A DNA stretch of 64,000 bases, taken from a virus. Taxonomy: Duplodnaviria > Caudoviricetes. The notes under the pieces were generated by a model. That model was not told the origin of the DNA. It did no database searches and worked only from the letters and a program-made list of their open reading frames with translations. Each line of letters starts with the position of its first letter. Position 1 is the first letter of the stretch. This document shows, in pieces, positions 47,993 through 58,483 of the stretch. Location: the IMG/VR virus record IMGVR_UViG_3300012662_000011; one strand, 5' to 3'. The position numbers were made by a program, and so were the translations under genes.

Positions 47993-50900
47993 TTATCCTA
48001 CCAATATTGCAGGAATCAAACTCATTGTTCTTGTAGGATCAAGAACGCAGATACCTGTGGTTGTCATTTTATGAATTGTAGCACTATCTTCATCATAACT
48101 CATATTTGGGTTGCCCATGGTTCCAGTAAATGGATTTCTCACATTTATATGTTGCAACTACATCGTTTCCATGTAGTTTCTCTTACTTTCATAAGAGTTC
48201 AGACTATATCTTCACCAACATTAGTTGGGCGAGGCATTTCAAACTCACTTGAGTCTTACTCCCTGTGGGATAGTCGTTGAACCTTCATATATATCTTTAT
48301 ATATGCTTGGCTGCTGGTTATCCAATCTTCTTTTATTTACTCTACGAATTATATTTTTTAATGTTGAATACTTAATATTGAAAAGTTTGGAAATTTGATT
48401 GACAGTGTATAAGCTTCTTAGTTTTGCTATTTGAGAAACTTGGAAATCTGTAAGAACTGTTGTTCTTTGAACACCTTTTAGTCTCTTTCTTTCTCCTTTT
48501 ATAAAGGAATGATATACATTTTCTTTAGCTGTTACCCATTCCAAGTTATCTACTCTATTGTTAGTTCTATCATTATTTATATGATTCACACTTGGCTTAT
48601 TCTCTGGATTAGGAATAAATGCCTTAGCAACTAACCTATGTACTAGCTGTGATGTATATTTTCCATTTAATTTTTGAACAGTATATCTACAATATCCATC
48701 CCTGTCTTTACAGAACTTTTCAATAATATCCCCATGATGGGTTCTTGTATTCTTTCTTACTCTACCTAAAGTACTGATTTCTATTCCTATGTACTCTGGT
48801 AAGCTTTTCCATTCTTCTATTGTTTCCATATTTAAATGTTTGAAACCTTTATAAATAATCAGAAGCTCTAAGGAACTTCCAGCAATTAACCTCGTTTATT
48901 TTCCTTTTTCTGTTCCTGAGAAAACGGTGGGAACTGAGAAATGTGTAAAGGCTTTAAGCAGCCGTTAATCCCCACTGATAACTCGTCATATCTCCTTCCA
49001 TACCCTTTACAGCACACTTAAAGATATTAGGCTGATCCATTGTACCAATATCAAAAATGTCATATCTGTAAGAGAAGGCAGGACCACCATCAGGTGACAT
49101 AATCTTATTTCTTCAATTTGTTATCCTAAGAGCTTTTTATCTCTTAGTTCTTACAATTTATCATCTTGTAAGTTCAGCGTACATTTTCAACTTCACAGTT
49201 GTTGGACACTCTTGGGAGTATTATATTCTATAAAATAGTTTCAACTCCTACGCGTTACACTGACTCTATATTTTACTATTAGAGTTTAGCACGGTATTAC
49301 CCTGTTGAAATCTTGATGGTTTATTTCTTATTTTTCTACAAGGCTTCAACCTTGTAAAATCAATACCTAAACCTGTCCAGTTTTTTCCTTCAAAAATGTT
49401 GTCTATACATCTTCTAGAGACATTAAACAAATTCTTTAAATCATCCGTTGTTGCACCTTGCTTAATTAATTCAGGTATTTTTAACACTAATTCCTTTGTT
49501 AACTTAGCTTCAGGTCTATCTTCATATCTATTTAAAAGATTTGTATTATAGGCATGAAAGTTATTATATTCTTGAGTACACCATTCAAGGTTTTCTACTC
49601 TGTTATCCTGTTTATTACCATTAATATGATTAACTTGCTCTAAATTATTATTATTTTCAATAAATGCTTCTGCTACTAACCTATGTACTAATTTATGTAC
49701 CTTTATTTGTTTGACACAAAAAACTACATTTAAATAACCATTTTTTGTTATAGCAGGGTTGAGAATTTTTGTACCTTTATATGAAGTACCTCTTACTCTA
49801 CCTTTATTTGAAATTTCATAATGGTCTTCATACCCTTTTACTTTTTTAAATACTTCTTGCATAATAAATCTCTTTATAATATGATGCAAAAGTAGTAACA
49901 ACATTTCAAAGAACTCTGTATCTAAGAATTTCACTTAGATGGGCTTCACCGTTTTTGCCCAATTTTCATTAACAAGTCTCCCTGTTAAGCCGCAAGTTTT
50001 TCTACGGGATCATCATAATATGGATCTACATCAATCTTTACCTTAACTCCATTTGGTGCCTGGAACTCAACAAACTGGAAGCCTGCTGAAAGGGCATTTT
50101 CATGAAGTGGTGAATTGGTCTTTCTTACTATACCTACAGCATCTCCATTAATCTGGAATGCTGTCCAACCACTTACTGTATCAAGTACTGCTTTATGGAA
50201 CTGTATCGCCAATTTTGTTATCCTATAGGCTCTTTATCCTATAGTTCTAACACTTTACTATTGTGTTAGTTCAGAGTACATTTTCACCTCCAACTTAACT
50301 TGCTGAGGTGTTGGACACTCTTGGAAATATTATATTCTTATGTCTATTCACCATTCTCTTTACAGAAGATTTTGCAACATTAAAGTATTTTGCAATATTT
50401 GCAGTATTTATACCTTGTCTTTTCATTTCAATTAACTTATTAATATTAATTTTAGCCCTTAAAGGTTTTATTGCATCTTTACAATATCTCATTTTGACAT
50501 TTGCTCTTTGCAATGAATTATATACAGAAGTGAGTGCTATATCATATTTATCTGCAATATCTTTAGTGTTCATTCCTGTATTATAATCATTTACAATATC
50601 TTCTTGCAAATTTTTAATCGAATGTATTTTTCTCCCTTTAAATGCAGAGTTGCCTTTCTTTATATTATACCCATTTACAATAGAGTTATACTTTTCTATA
50701 TAAAAAGTTTCTCTTGCATTAAGTTTTGAATAGGGAACAAGTTCTAAAACATTATATAGAAAATTTTCTTTTCCATATTGTTCTATAGCCTTTTTTAGTT
50801 TAGTACAAGTCTCATATCTTGAAAAATGATGTCTCATTCTTTCTGACAAATTTTTTCTTGTTTGTCCTATATAAACTTTACTATTTATTTTATTTGTTAT

Positions 50901-52100
50901 AATATAAATTACACCTAAAGGCTCTTGTTCTTTCATAAGTTTCAATTTCTACTCGTTACACTATTTACAGGTATTACCCTGTACCTTAGCACGGTATTGC
51001 CCTTTTTATTTAGAGGGTTTCACCGTTTTTGCCCAATAAATTCTTCTGCTAGTTTCCTATGCAGCGAGGCTCAGATTTATATTCCAACCTCTTTCACCTG
51101 TCTTAATAATAAAGGTTCTATCCTTCATATCAAGTTTTGCAGCTGACAACTCATAAAGTGCATCCTCAATAAGTTTAAGTGAGAAGTGGTTATAAGGCAT
51201 TGTGTTGGATACCTCCATTTGCTGATAGAGTCCAGCTCCCATTCTAATTACTTCACCACTCTTACCATAGTTAAGGTACTCACCATTGTTATTTCTGTTA
51301 GAACGACCAAATGCAAGAATATTATTCTTATAATCATTCCACTGCTGCTCAAGCTGCCACTGCACCTCATGCATCCACATGTTAACAGTATCCTTAACAT
51401 ATCGTCCATTAGTTTCTCTTGTTACAGGAATACCAAATGCTACTTTCTTACCAAGCATTGAACCTGGAACTTTGTGCTGAATCCTGATTGTTGAGAACTC
51501 ATTTCTCATTGCAACAGGACTTGCAAATCTAACATCTCCTACTTTACGTGAAAGCTCTCTTTCCACTGGAGCATACTCTACTGAGAATCTTTTACCTGCC
51601 TCAAGCTGATCTACAGGAATACCAGAAGTAATTCCTCCCATCAACTCTACTTTGTACACTGTATTTGTGCCTTCATTTCTGCCTTCTGCAAGTATTCTAA
51701 TAGGATAAATCTCATTAAGTTCTCCTACAATTACTTCTCCATCAGCAAACCAATCTTCAGCAAATACTAGATAAAAAGGTTCTCCATTTTCACCTACATT
51801 ATTCTGACCTGATGTTACTGGTTTACCATCTGCATCTCTTGCTTCTACAAGAGGAATATTTCTGGTTGCACTACCAATAATATCCCATGTGTACTCATCA
51901 TCAGAATCAAAAGATTTTGTAGGGAACTGTGAAAGGAAGGTATCAAGAGTTTTACCTCTGTACCATGCAAGAAGCTGAACCATCAATGAAGTTGCCTTCT
52001 GTGGTGCTATCTGAAAGATGCTACCAAGATGGTTTGTTTTAGTCAATCCTTTCCAATGACTAAATGTCTGCTTCTGAAATCGACCTAGTTTTCCAGCCAT
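47993..52100 (-). CDS. Major capsid protein, 4 exons: 52100-51087, 50209-50004, 49113-48968, 48141-47993 (1515 nt, 504 aa)
   Basis: Joined frame is open: ...IIKTGERG|AIQFHKAV...YYDDPV|RNKIMSPDGGPAFSYRYDIFDIG...SYQWGL|RNPFTG...VLDPTRTMSLIPAILVG*; crAss-like MCP motifs. Confidence 0.9.
48142..48967 (-). mobile_element. Group I intron 3 of the capsid gene (826 nt)
   Basis: P1 GUGGGGAU/GUUCCCAC, P10 AUUUCUCA/UGAGAAAU, P AAUUGCUGGAA, Q AACCAGCAGC, P7 GACUA/UAGUC (AAGAUAUAGUC), terminal G. Confidence 0.92.
48245..48829 (-). CDS. NUMOD4-HNH homing endonuclease
   Basis: EEWK..EISTLGRVR, VHRLVAKAFIPNPENKPSVNHINNDRTNNRVDNLEW. Confidence 0.9.
   Translation of the reverse strand: METIEEWKSLPEYIGIEISTLGRVRKNTRTHHGDIIEKFCKDRDGYCRYTVQKLNGKYTSQLVHRLVAKAFIPNPENKPSVNHINNDRTNNRVDNLEWVTAKENVYHSFIKGERKRLKGVQRTTVLTDFQVSQIAKLRSLYTVNQISKLFNIKYSTLKNIIRRVNKRRLDNQQPSIYKDIYEGSTTIPQGVRLK
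49114..50003 (-). mobile_element. Group I intron 2 of the capsid gene (890 nt)
   Basis: P1 CCGU/GCGG, P3 UUGGGC/GUCCAA, P AAAACGGUGAA, Q AAUACCGUGC, P7 GCGUA/UACGC, ends GAUAACAAAUUG. Confidence 0.9.
49266..49862 (-). CDS. NUMOD4-HNH homing endonuclease (start reassigned to ATG 49862)
   Basis: GYEDHYEISNKGRVR, VHRLVAEAFI..VNHINGNKQDNRVENLEW; TACTTTTGCA promoter at 49887-49894. Confidence 0.9.
   Translation of the reverse strand: MQEVFKKVKGYEDHYEISNKGRVRGTSYKGTKILNPAITKNGYLNVVFCVKQIKVHKLVHRLVAEAFIENNNNLEQVNHINGNKQDNRVENLEWCTQEYNNFHAYNTNLLNRYEDRPEAKLTKELVLKIPELIKQGATTDDLKNLFNVSRRCIDNIFEGKNWTGLGIDFTRLKPCRKIRNKPSRFQQGNTVLNSNSKI
50210..51086 (-). mobile_element. Group I intron 1 of the capsid gene (877 nt)
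   Basis: P1 GAGGU/GCCUC, P3 UUGGGC/GUCCAA, P AAAACGGUGAA, Q AAUACCGUGC, P7 GAGUA/UACUC, ends GAUAACAAAAUUG. Confidence 0.9.
50295..50945 (-). CDS. GIY-YIG homing endonuclease with C-terminal HTH repeats
   Basis: GVIYIITNKINSKVYIGQT..R..H, E..YI...NS..NGYN. Confidence 0.9.
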   Translation of the reverse strand: MKLMKEQEPLGVIYIITNKINSKVYIGQTRKNLSERMRHHFSRYETCTKLKKAIEQYGKENFLYNVLELVPYSKLNARETFYIEKYNSIVNGYNIKKGNSAFKGRKIHSIKNLQEDIVNDYNTGMNTKDIADKYDIALTSVYNSLQRANVKMRYCKDAIKPLRAKININKLIEMKRQGINTANIAKYFNVAKSSVKRMVNRHKNIIFPRVSNTSAS

Positions 52101-52143
52101 TTTATTAAAAATTAAACGTTAATAAATTACTATTTATTAAGGT

Positions 52144-53331
52144 CTATAGGTCAAGTCTCATACCCTTTCCAATAAAGGAGTTAGGATCTTCTCTTTGATT
52201 TGTAACCATTTTAAGATTTCCACCACTGTCTCTCCTTGTATTATTCAGGGTCTTTTCCAACTCTCTAAGACCTTTTTTCATTTCTTTCTTTACTTTACCT
52301 TTGGTGAAGGAATCAAAGTCCTTAAAACCATTGGTCATAGCATATACAAGACCTGTATACTTTAGAAAATCTGCTCTATGCTCATTTTCATATTTCTGAA
52401 TTGCTGTCATATATTCTCCAGTATCAGGATCTCTATATACAGGTTTTGAAAGTACTTCAAATGCCTTCTTTCTTACATCATTACTTATTTCTATATCACC
52501 AAACAACTGCTTATCTTTCAGCAATGATGTTTCCAACTGTTTAGCTTGTTTTCTTCTTTCTTCTTTCTCATAGTCAGCCTGCTGCTGTGCTTCTCGCAAC
52601 ATTCTGTTATACTCACTGCTAAAATATTCTTTATTACTCTGCAATGCTTCTTTAGCATCTTCTACATCTGTTCCAGCATTTACTGTTCTTTCTGTAAGTT
52701 TCTTTGCTTTATCAGGAGTCATACCTTTATTTACAAAATCCTGATAAATCAAGTTATATCTTAGCTGCTCTCCTTTATCACTTTCTTCTGAGAGTGCAGC
52801 ATCAGTAATTGTATCAATATACTGGAGAGTATTTTCATATTTTCTAATATCTGAAGGCTCTACACCATTTTCAAGAGCTTTTGAAATTCTCTGCTGCTTT
52901 TCATCAAGTCTTGCATTAATTTCTGACTCTATCAAACTACTGAAGGACTCTGCATCAGTTGCTTTCTTTACATCATCTTCATTAAGGTTTGGGAAGATAC
53001 CATCTACTGCCAAGGCATTGGCTATGGAAGAGTAGAAGTTATCATTTGGAGAAGTGCCATCTGAATCCTCATCAGTAGCTGTACCTTCCTTTTTACCTTC
53101 TTTATTCTCTTCACTACTTACGCCCTCTGGTTCTTCACTGTCAAACAATGTATCTGGATCTATAACCTCAGTAGTCTTTTTTTCATTGTTTTCTTGATTG
53201 TTGTTTTCCTCAGGATTATTACCCTCTTCTTTCTCTGTACTTTCTTCTTGAGTTGTATCCTCTTCAGGATCTGTAAACAGGGTCTCTATTTCCTGTTCTC
53301 CCAAGATATTATCAAAACTTAAATCTTCCAT
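52144..53331 (-). CDS. Putative capsid scaffolding protein
   Basis: Very acidic N-terminus, helical, directly upstream of MCP; promoter TACTTTTG at 53370-53377. Confidence 0.6.
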   Translation of the reverse strand: MEDLSFDNILGEQEIETLFTDPEEDTTQEESTEKEEGNNPEENNNQENNEKKTTEVIDPDTLFDSEEPEGVSSEENKEGKKEGTATDEDSDGTSPNDNFYSSIANALAVDGIFPNLNEDDVKKATDAESFSSLIESEINARLDEKQQRISKALENGVEPSDIRKYENTLQYIDTITDAALSEESDKGEQLRYNLIYQDFVNKGMTPDKAKKLTERTVNAGTDVEDAKEALQSNKEYFSSEYNRMLREAQQQADYEKEERRKQAKQLETSLLKDKQLFGDIEISNDVRKKAFEVLSKPVYRDPDTGEYMTAIQKYENEHRADFLKYTGLVYAMTNGFKDFDSFTKGKVKKEMKKGLRELEKTLNNTRRDSGGNLKMVTNQREDPNSFIGKGMRLDL

Positions 53332-53427
53332 ATTCTCTTCTCTTTTTGTTTTTATATTCTTCTTTGTTGCAAAAGTATAGAAATATCAAATGTTAAATTA
53401 TAATATTATTGTTTTACTAAGATATAA

Positions 53428-53458
53428 TAAAAGGAGTACTTAAATAGGTACTCCTTTT
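53428..53458 (-). terminator. Terminator after terminase
   Basis: aaaaggagtac / gtactcctttt. Confidence 0.8.
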
Positions 53459-53480
53459 AATGTATTTATATTATCAGTTA

Positions 53481-55730
53481 TCACCATGTATATTTCTTTT
53501 TGCCTGGATAGTTCTTATCCCAGTAATTATCTTTTTCCATTCCTGAACTTCCACTTTCTATTTGTTTCAAATCTCCCTGATACAACACCATTTTCTCTTC
53601 TCTATACAGTATTAACTGTACAAGACTCATTATTCTATCAAAGTTTCCCTGTGGATTCCATAATACAAGTTCTTTTAATAATGCTCTGTTTTTTATTCTA
53701 TATAGATTTGGTATTGTTACCTCTGTATTATTACCATCTGCATCTGTCTGTATTGTAGTTATAGGCTGTCTTAACCAAGTTTGTATCATCTTAAAAGCAC
53801 CATTAATAATAGGTGTAGTAGCTCTAATTCCTACAGACTTATTACCATATCCTATACTACTTACCATATTTCTCTGTACAAGATATTCAGGAGTTTCTGC
53901 TAATAGATGTACAGCATTATGAGAACTAAAATAAGAAAACATTCCCATTATATTTTGTTCATACATACATCTACAGTTATAGAATAGACAAAGTTTCTTG
54001 CATATTTCATAGAAATCTTCTGCAAAGGAAGGTCTTCCTGTATACTCTGCTACTATCATATCTGTCCATAAGTCCATTACAAAAAGAGAGCCTAATGACA
54101 TTGTATTTGATACATCTGCATCAAAGGGATCTGCACCACAAATATATCTGCCTGCTGGTATTTTCCCCTCTCCATTCTTTTTAGGCATTTCATATATCTC
54201 CAATGCTCCTTTTACCTTATTGTCTTTTGTAGGAAATTCTCTTATTGGAATATCTATTGTAGGATTGAATTTCACTTCTCCTGTTTTATTATCCTGTACT
54301 AATTCTCCTACATATACATCATCATAGAAGTTAGGATCATTGTCTATTTGATTCAGTCTTTCATTAAGTTCTGTTACTGGAAATATATTACCATGACTTC
54401 TCATCATAGCCTCTTGTGGTACTATAGGATACTGAGATACACGCTTTACTATAGTATTAACATCTGTTGTTCCATATTTAACTTTATATCTATCATTCAG
54501 AATCATAACAAGAGCTTTTGTTACATCTGAATTACCATTTTCATCTATACATGATTCATCATAATTTAAATAAGCAGGAAAGAAAAAACCACATTTCTTT
54601 TTTCCTTGACCTTCTTTATCAAAAACATTCTCTAATGGTTCCATATTATAACCTTCTGGAGAATAGAACATCTCTGCAAATGCTGTAAAATCTGATTGGT
54701 CATCTCCTGCTGTTCCATAAGCAAATATTTCTCCAAAGGTTTTACTGCCATGTTCTACGGAAGGTCTAATCATATTATACATACTTGTAAGATTCTTGAA
54801 GATTCCTGCTTCCTCTATAAGATATAATACTCCACGAGAACCATTTAATTTATCTTGATTAACACCTGTAATGATACCTGATACTGAGTTTTTACTACCA
54901 TATTCTACTTCACTTCCTGCTTTTTTATACCCCATTTTCCATTCCATCTCTTGATCTGAGGACTTTAATCTATGGGAAGCAAACTGTGTATATTTAGCAC
55001 AATGGTCAAGATTATCTTTGAATACTCTTAATATCTGATTAGTATCCATAAGTTTAGTTCTATCTACAGCAGTAACCATACATTGTACTTCTTTCTTGTT
55101 ATTCTCTGATTCTCCTATAATACATCTTTTAGCAAGAAGCCCTCCACCAAAGCTCGTTTTCCCCTTACCACGCGATGCTAAGGCTTCTGCATGATGTCCA
55201 TGTAATCTGGCTTGAAGAACATAGTGAGACATTAGAAACTGACCATCCCAAAATCTAGGATGTGCTACTGTTCTTATATCTATACCATTCTCTTTCTCTA
55301 CAAGATGCATAGGACAAAAGTTTAACATCCAGTAATAATCTCCTGTAACCCACATGCCTGTTTTAGGATCACAATATCCATTCCATCCTCTCTCCCTTTC
55401 TCCATATAACCATTTTCCATAGTCACTATTTGGATTGGCATTAGGTCTTAGTATAGTGTACTTTCCTTTATTCTTTTTATAAGCTAATGCTGAAGGTCTA
55501 AAATAATCACTATTTTCAAGTATTGGAGGATGGGATATATCTATAATTGCTCTTCCTTCTTTATCTCTTGCTAACTCTGATACCAACGGTCTATTAGGAG
55601 ATACCATCCACTTTATAAATGGCACATTGTTAAGAAAATCCCAAAACTGTTCCTGTACTTCTTGAGGATATTTCTCAAGATGTAGTTCTTCTACAGGAGT
55701 CTGACATTTATTGAATTTTACATTTTCCAT
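53481..55730 (-). CDS. terL: Terminase large subunit
   Basis: Walker A ASRGKGKT, Walker B YLIEEAG, GTAG motif, nuclease CGADPFD and GNFDRI. Confidence 0.92.
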   Translation of the reverse strand: MENVKFNKCQTPVEELHLEKYPQEVQEQFWDFLNNVPFIKWMVSPNRPLVSELARDKEGRAIIDISHPPILENSDYFRPSALAYKKNKGKYTILRPNANPNSDYGKWLYGERERGWNGYCDPKTGMWVTGDYYWMLNFCPMHLVEKENGIDIRTVAHPRFWDGQFLMSHYVLQARLHGHHAEALASRGKGKTSFGGGLLAKRCIIGESENNKKEVQCMVTAVDRTKLMDTNQILRVFKDNLDHCAKYTQFASHRLKSSDQEMEWKMGYKKAGSEVEYGSKNSVSGIITGVNQDKLNGSRGVLYLIEEAGIFKNLTSMYNMIRPSVEHGSKTFGEIFAYGTAGDDQSDFTAFAEMFYSPEGYNMEPLENVFDKEGQGKKKCGFFFPAYLNYDESCIDENGNSDVTKALVMILNDRYKVKYGTTDVNTIVKRVSQYPIVPQEAMMRSHGNIFPVTELNERLNQIDNDPNFYDDVYVGELVQDNKTGEVKFNPTIDIPIREFPTKDNKVKGALEIYEMPKKNGEGKIPAGRYICGADPFDADVSNTMSLGSLFVMDLWTDMIVAEYTGRPSFAEDFYEICKKLCLFYNCRCMYEQNIMGMFSYFSSHNAVHLLAETPEYLVQRNMVSSIGYGNKSVGIRATTPIINGAFKMIQTWLRQPITTIQTDADGNNTEVTIPNLYRIKNRALLKELVLWNPQGNFDRIMSLVQLILYREEKMVLYQGDLKQIESGSSGMEKDNYWDKNYPGKKKYTW

Positions 55731-55815
55731 ATCATATCTTTATAAAAGAATAGCCCAAACAATTAAGTTTAGGCTATTTTATTAATAACAACTTTAAAAA
55801 CAAACTATGAAATAC

Positions 55816-56226
55816 TTACAAAATCAAAGTTTTCTTTCCTGGAACAATAAGATCTTCTTTTTCTTCTCCCTCAAAGACATATCTTATATCATTGTCTGAT
55901 AAATACAGATATTCCTCAGGTTCACCATCTTTATTATCTATTGTTTCAAAAGGAAAGTTATATGTCAGTACTGGATTATTATCTATATCATTCTGTATAG
56001 AATTTTTATTATATTTCTTTACTGCAAAATGATCAGGAATAATCATTACTTTATCCCCAACCTTTATATCTCTTACAGTAGAACCTACAGCTACTACTGT
56101 TTGCCATAGTTTCAAGTCTCCTTTACCAGCAATGATTACACCATTGCTTATCATATCTTTATCAAACTTATCTCCTGTTACAAGCAGGTGATTAAACAGT
56201 GGCTTTATTTTAGTTACATGTAGCAT
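55816..56226 (-). CDS. GroES-like co-chaperonin
   Basis: IKPLFNHLLV...GVII...VVAVGSTVRDIKVGDKV. Confidence 0.75.
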   Translation of the reverse strand: MLHVTKIKPLFNHLLVTGDKFDKDMISNGVIIAGKGDLKLWQTVVAVGSTVRDIKVGDKVMIIPDHFAVKKYNKNSIQNDIDNNPVLTYNFPFETIDNKDGEPEEYLYLSDNDIRYVFEGEEKEDLIVPGKKTLIL

Positions 56227-56494
56227 CTTTATTCTCCTTTATTTTATTTTTATATTCTTGCATTTTCTTTATTCTCTTATACCTGTCTAAAGTAACATTA
56301 AACTTTCCTATTGATGGTATATTGACATTAGGCTGTAATTTTAAAAACTCTTCGTCTGTAAGCTCTTTCTTTAATGGTAATGCTTTTATATGTTCTCTTA
56401 CTGCCATCCAATATGCCTGATATGTTCTTTCTACAATATCTTTAGGTAGATTTAACTCTTTAGAGACTTGAGATATAATCTCTTTAAATGTCAT
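56210..56494 (-). CDS. HU/IHF-like small DNA-binding protein
   Basis: EIISQVSKELNLPKDIV...VNIPSIGKF. Confidence 0.65.
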   Translation of the reverse strand: MTFKEIISQVSKELNLPKDIVERTYQAYWMAVREHIKALPLKKELTDEEFLKLQPNVNIPSIGKFNVTLDRYKRIKKMQEYKNKIKENKDATCN

Positions 56495-56930
56495 GCTTTT
56501 TTTTCTTTGTTTCCTTAAACAGTATCAGTAGTTGAAAGCATCCTTTATCATCCTTTCTTATATTTGGTATCAATCGTGGATTTATAGTATCTTTAACTAT
56601 AACTTTATTTTTCCTAAGATTACTCATTACTACATAGAAATGCTGTTGTGTTATTTTGCATTCTTCAATAACTTTATTCTTAGTCATCTCACTCATTACC
56701 ATTGTGTCAAGGATTGCAGGATCACTTATACTCTTGGATAATTCCCATCTTTGTTTCAAAAAATTTGCAATAACATCAATTTCTCTATTAGTAAGATTTA
56801 TAAATGGTCTAAGAAATACACACCACCATTTAAAAAAATCTACACCTGGAGAAGTAGGAACTGTGACTATGTTGTTAGGTTTAAGCAGTCCTGACTTTTC
56901 TTCTGTTTTCTTATGGGCTGAGTTTTCCAT
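56484..56930 (-). CDS. Putative winged-helix DNA-binding protein
   Basis: LTNREIDV...KITQQHFYVVMSNLRKNKVI pattern. Confidence 0.5.
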   Translation of the reverse strand: MENSAHKKTEEKSGLLKPNNIVTVPTSPGVDFFKWWCVFLRPFINLTNREIDVIANFLKQRWELSKSISDPAILDTMVMSEMTKNKVIEECKITQQHFYVVMSNLRKNKVIVKDTINPRLIPNIRKDDKGCFQLLILFKETKKKKHDI

Positions 56931-56937
56931 TTTATTT

Positions 56938-57234
56938 TTATTCTTTAGATTCTTCTTTATTGTCTGGAATTGTCATAGCTTCCTCTATCTCTGTTGTACA
57001 GGAAACTACAAAATCACTTGAAAACTTATTGCTGTTTTCCACTACCTTAAAGAGATAATCAAGTCTTTTATTCATACAAAACTGTTCCAATTCTCTATTC
57101 TTTAGAGCAAGTTGCTTATTCTGCTGAAATAACTGATTACAAGCATCATTAAGCTGCTCATAAGTAAGTTTCTTGTTTTCGGTTTTAGCCTCTTTATTAA
57201 CATTAAGACTAATTGTTTTGCCTTGCTTTTCCAT
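56938..57234 (-). CDS. Coiled-coil hypothetical protein (98 aa)
   Basis: KLTYEQL...KRLDYLFKV. Confidence 0.65.
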   Translation of the reverse strand: MEKQGKTISLNVNKEAKTENKKLTYEQLNDACNQLFQQNKQLALKNRELEQFCMNKRLDYLFKVVENSNKFSSDFVVSCTTEIEEAMTIPDNKEESKE

Positions 57235-57661
57235 ATCTTCTTTTTTTATCTTGGTTTATTAATTCTACTTTTAACTCTTCTATTCTATTGTCTTTATATA
57301 ATTTGGCAAATAGCAGTATTATTGAATCTGCTTTATCTAGCCAATTAGGAAATTTAGGGTATAGAGTTTTACATATTATTTGCCAGGATGGACATTTTAT
57401 TAATTCTTTCTTTAATTGATTATTTGTCATTTGAAAGATTGGAGATTTCTTTATATCTCCTTTTTCTTCTATAAATTTATGTCCATATCTCTCTTTAAAC
57501 TTTTGTTCCCACTCTTCATAACTTGAAGTCTGAAAGTCTGTACACCCACATTCACCACAGCACTCCATTCCAATAGAATCTTCATATTTTATGTTTAGAG
57601 AGTAACATTTTGAACAATATGTTACTGGCTCTGAATCATATTCTGTTTCTTGTTTTAACAT
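57209..57661 (-). CDS. Zinc-ribbon protein
   Basis: CSKC...CGECG motifs. Confidence 0.65.
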   Translation of the reverse strand: MLKQETEYDSEPVTYCSKCYSLNIKYEDSIGMECCGECGCTDFQTSSYEEWEQKFKERYGHKFIEEKGDIKKSPIFQMTNNQLKKELIKCPSWQIICKTLYPKFPNWLDKADSIILLFAKLYKDNRIEELKVELINQDKKRRYGKARQNN

Positions 57662-57687
57662 AATAGTATGAATTTAAGGGTTGGAAG

Positions 57688-57873
57688 TTATTTGTAGTAT
57701 AGAAGAATATATGTTCCTTCTTCCTTTATTATATTTACAATATCTTCTTTTAGTATAGGAGTACTACTGTCTTTATTGTAATTGTTTACAGCGAGTAACA
57801 AATCCCACAATGAATGTCCTTGAATATAAGATATTGTTGTTTTTTCATTATTTATGTTCTCTGACTTTGACAT
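57688..57873 (-). CDS. Hypothetical protein (61 aa)
   Basis: ORF in operon. Confidence 0.55.
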   Translation of the reverse strand: MSKSENINNEKTTISYIQGHSLWDLLLAVNNYNKDSSTPILKEDIVNIIKEEGTYILLYYK

Positions 57874-57874
57874 A

Positions 57875-58093
57875 TCATTTTCTTTTTGATACTGTTCTTG
57901 ACTTTGCTACATTTTGCATAGCATTTGCTCTTTTTGTGAGATCTGCTGCTTTGGTTTTTGCTACTTTAATGGCTCTATTCATTCTTGCTTTGTCTCCAAC
58001 TATCTCCTGATAAGTTGCCATAGTCATAGCATCACTTTCTGCCTGCCATCTTAAATCATCACAATTACGTGATACTCTACTTTTTGAAACCAT
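57875..58093 (-). CDS. Small basic helical protein (72 aa), first gene of the minus-strand block
   Basis: WQAESDA.T.A.YQEI; promoter TATCTTTG at 58187-58194. Confidence 0.65.
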   Translation of the reverse strand: MVSKSRVSRNCDDLRWQAESDAMTMATYQEIVGDKARMNRAIKVAKTKAADLTKRANAMQNVAKSRTVSKRK

Positions 58094-58483
58094 ATATATA
58101 TTGTTTAAATTTTACTTAAAGTTTTACTTTAACTATTATTTGTATAGTCTTGTTTCTTAGTGCCTTATCCTATTGTTTTAATACTGCAAAGATAATTCTT
58201 TTATTTAAACATTCCTAATAAAAGTCTTATCACTTTCATGTATTTAACTTTTATTAATCTACAAAATATAGATTATATTTTTCTAAGTTCTTTTTTAGCT
58301 TTACTTTTGTACCTATCTATTAAATCACATAGAATAATATTCTATATAAGACATAGTTTAAAATGCAGTTTTTGTCTTAATTGCAGCCTATTTACATATA
58401 TATAATCTTACATAATAAATTAAATACAGGTATATATTTATATATCAATTAGTTGCAGGATATATTAAGTTTTATTGTTATTA

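Noticed and set aside
53481-55730. Intein or intron in terL or portal
   Set aside because: Continuous ORFs of ordinary length with no splicing motifs
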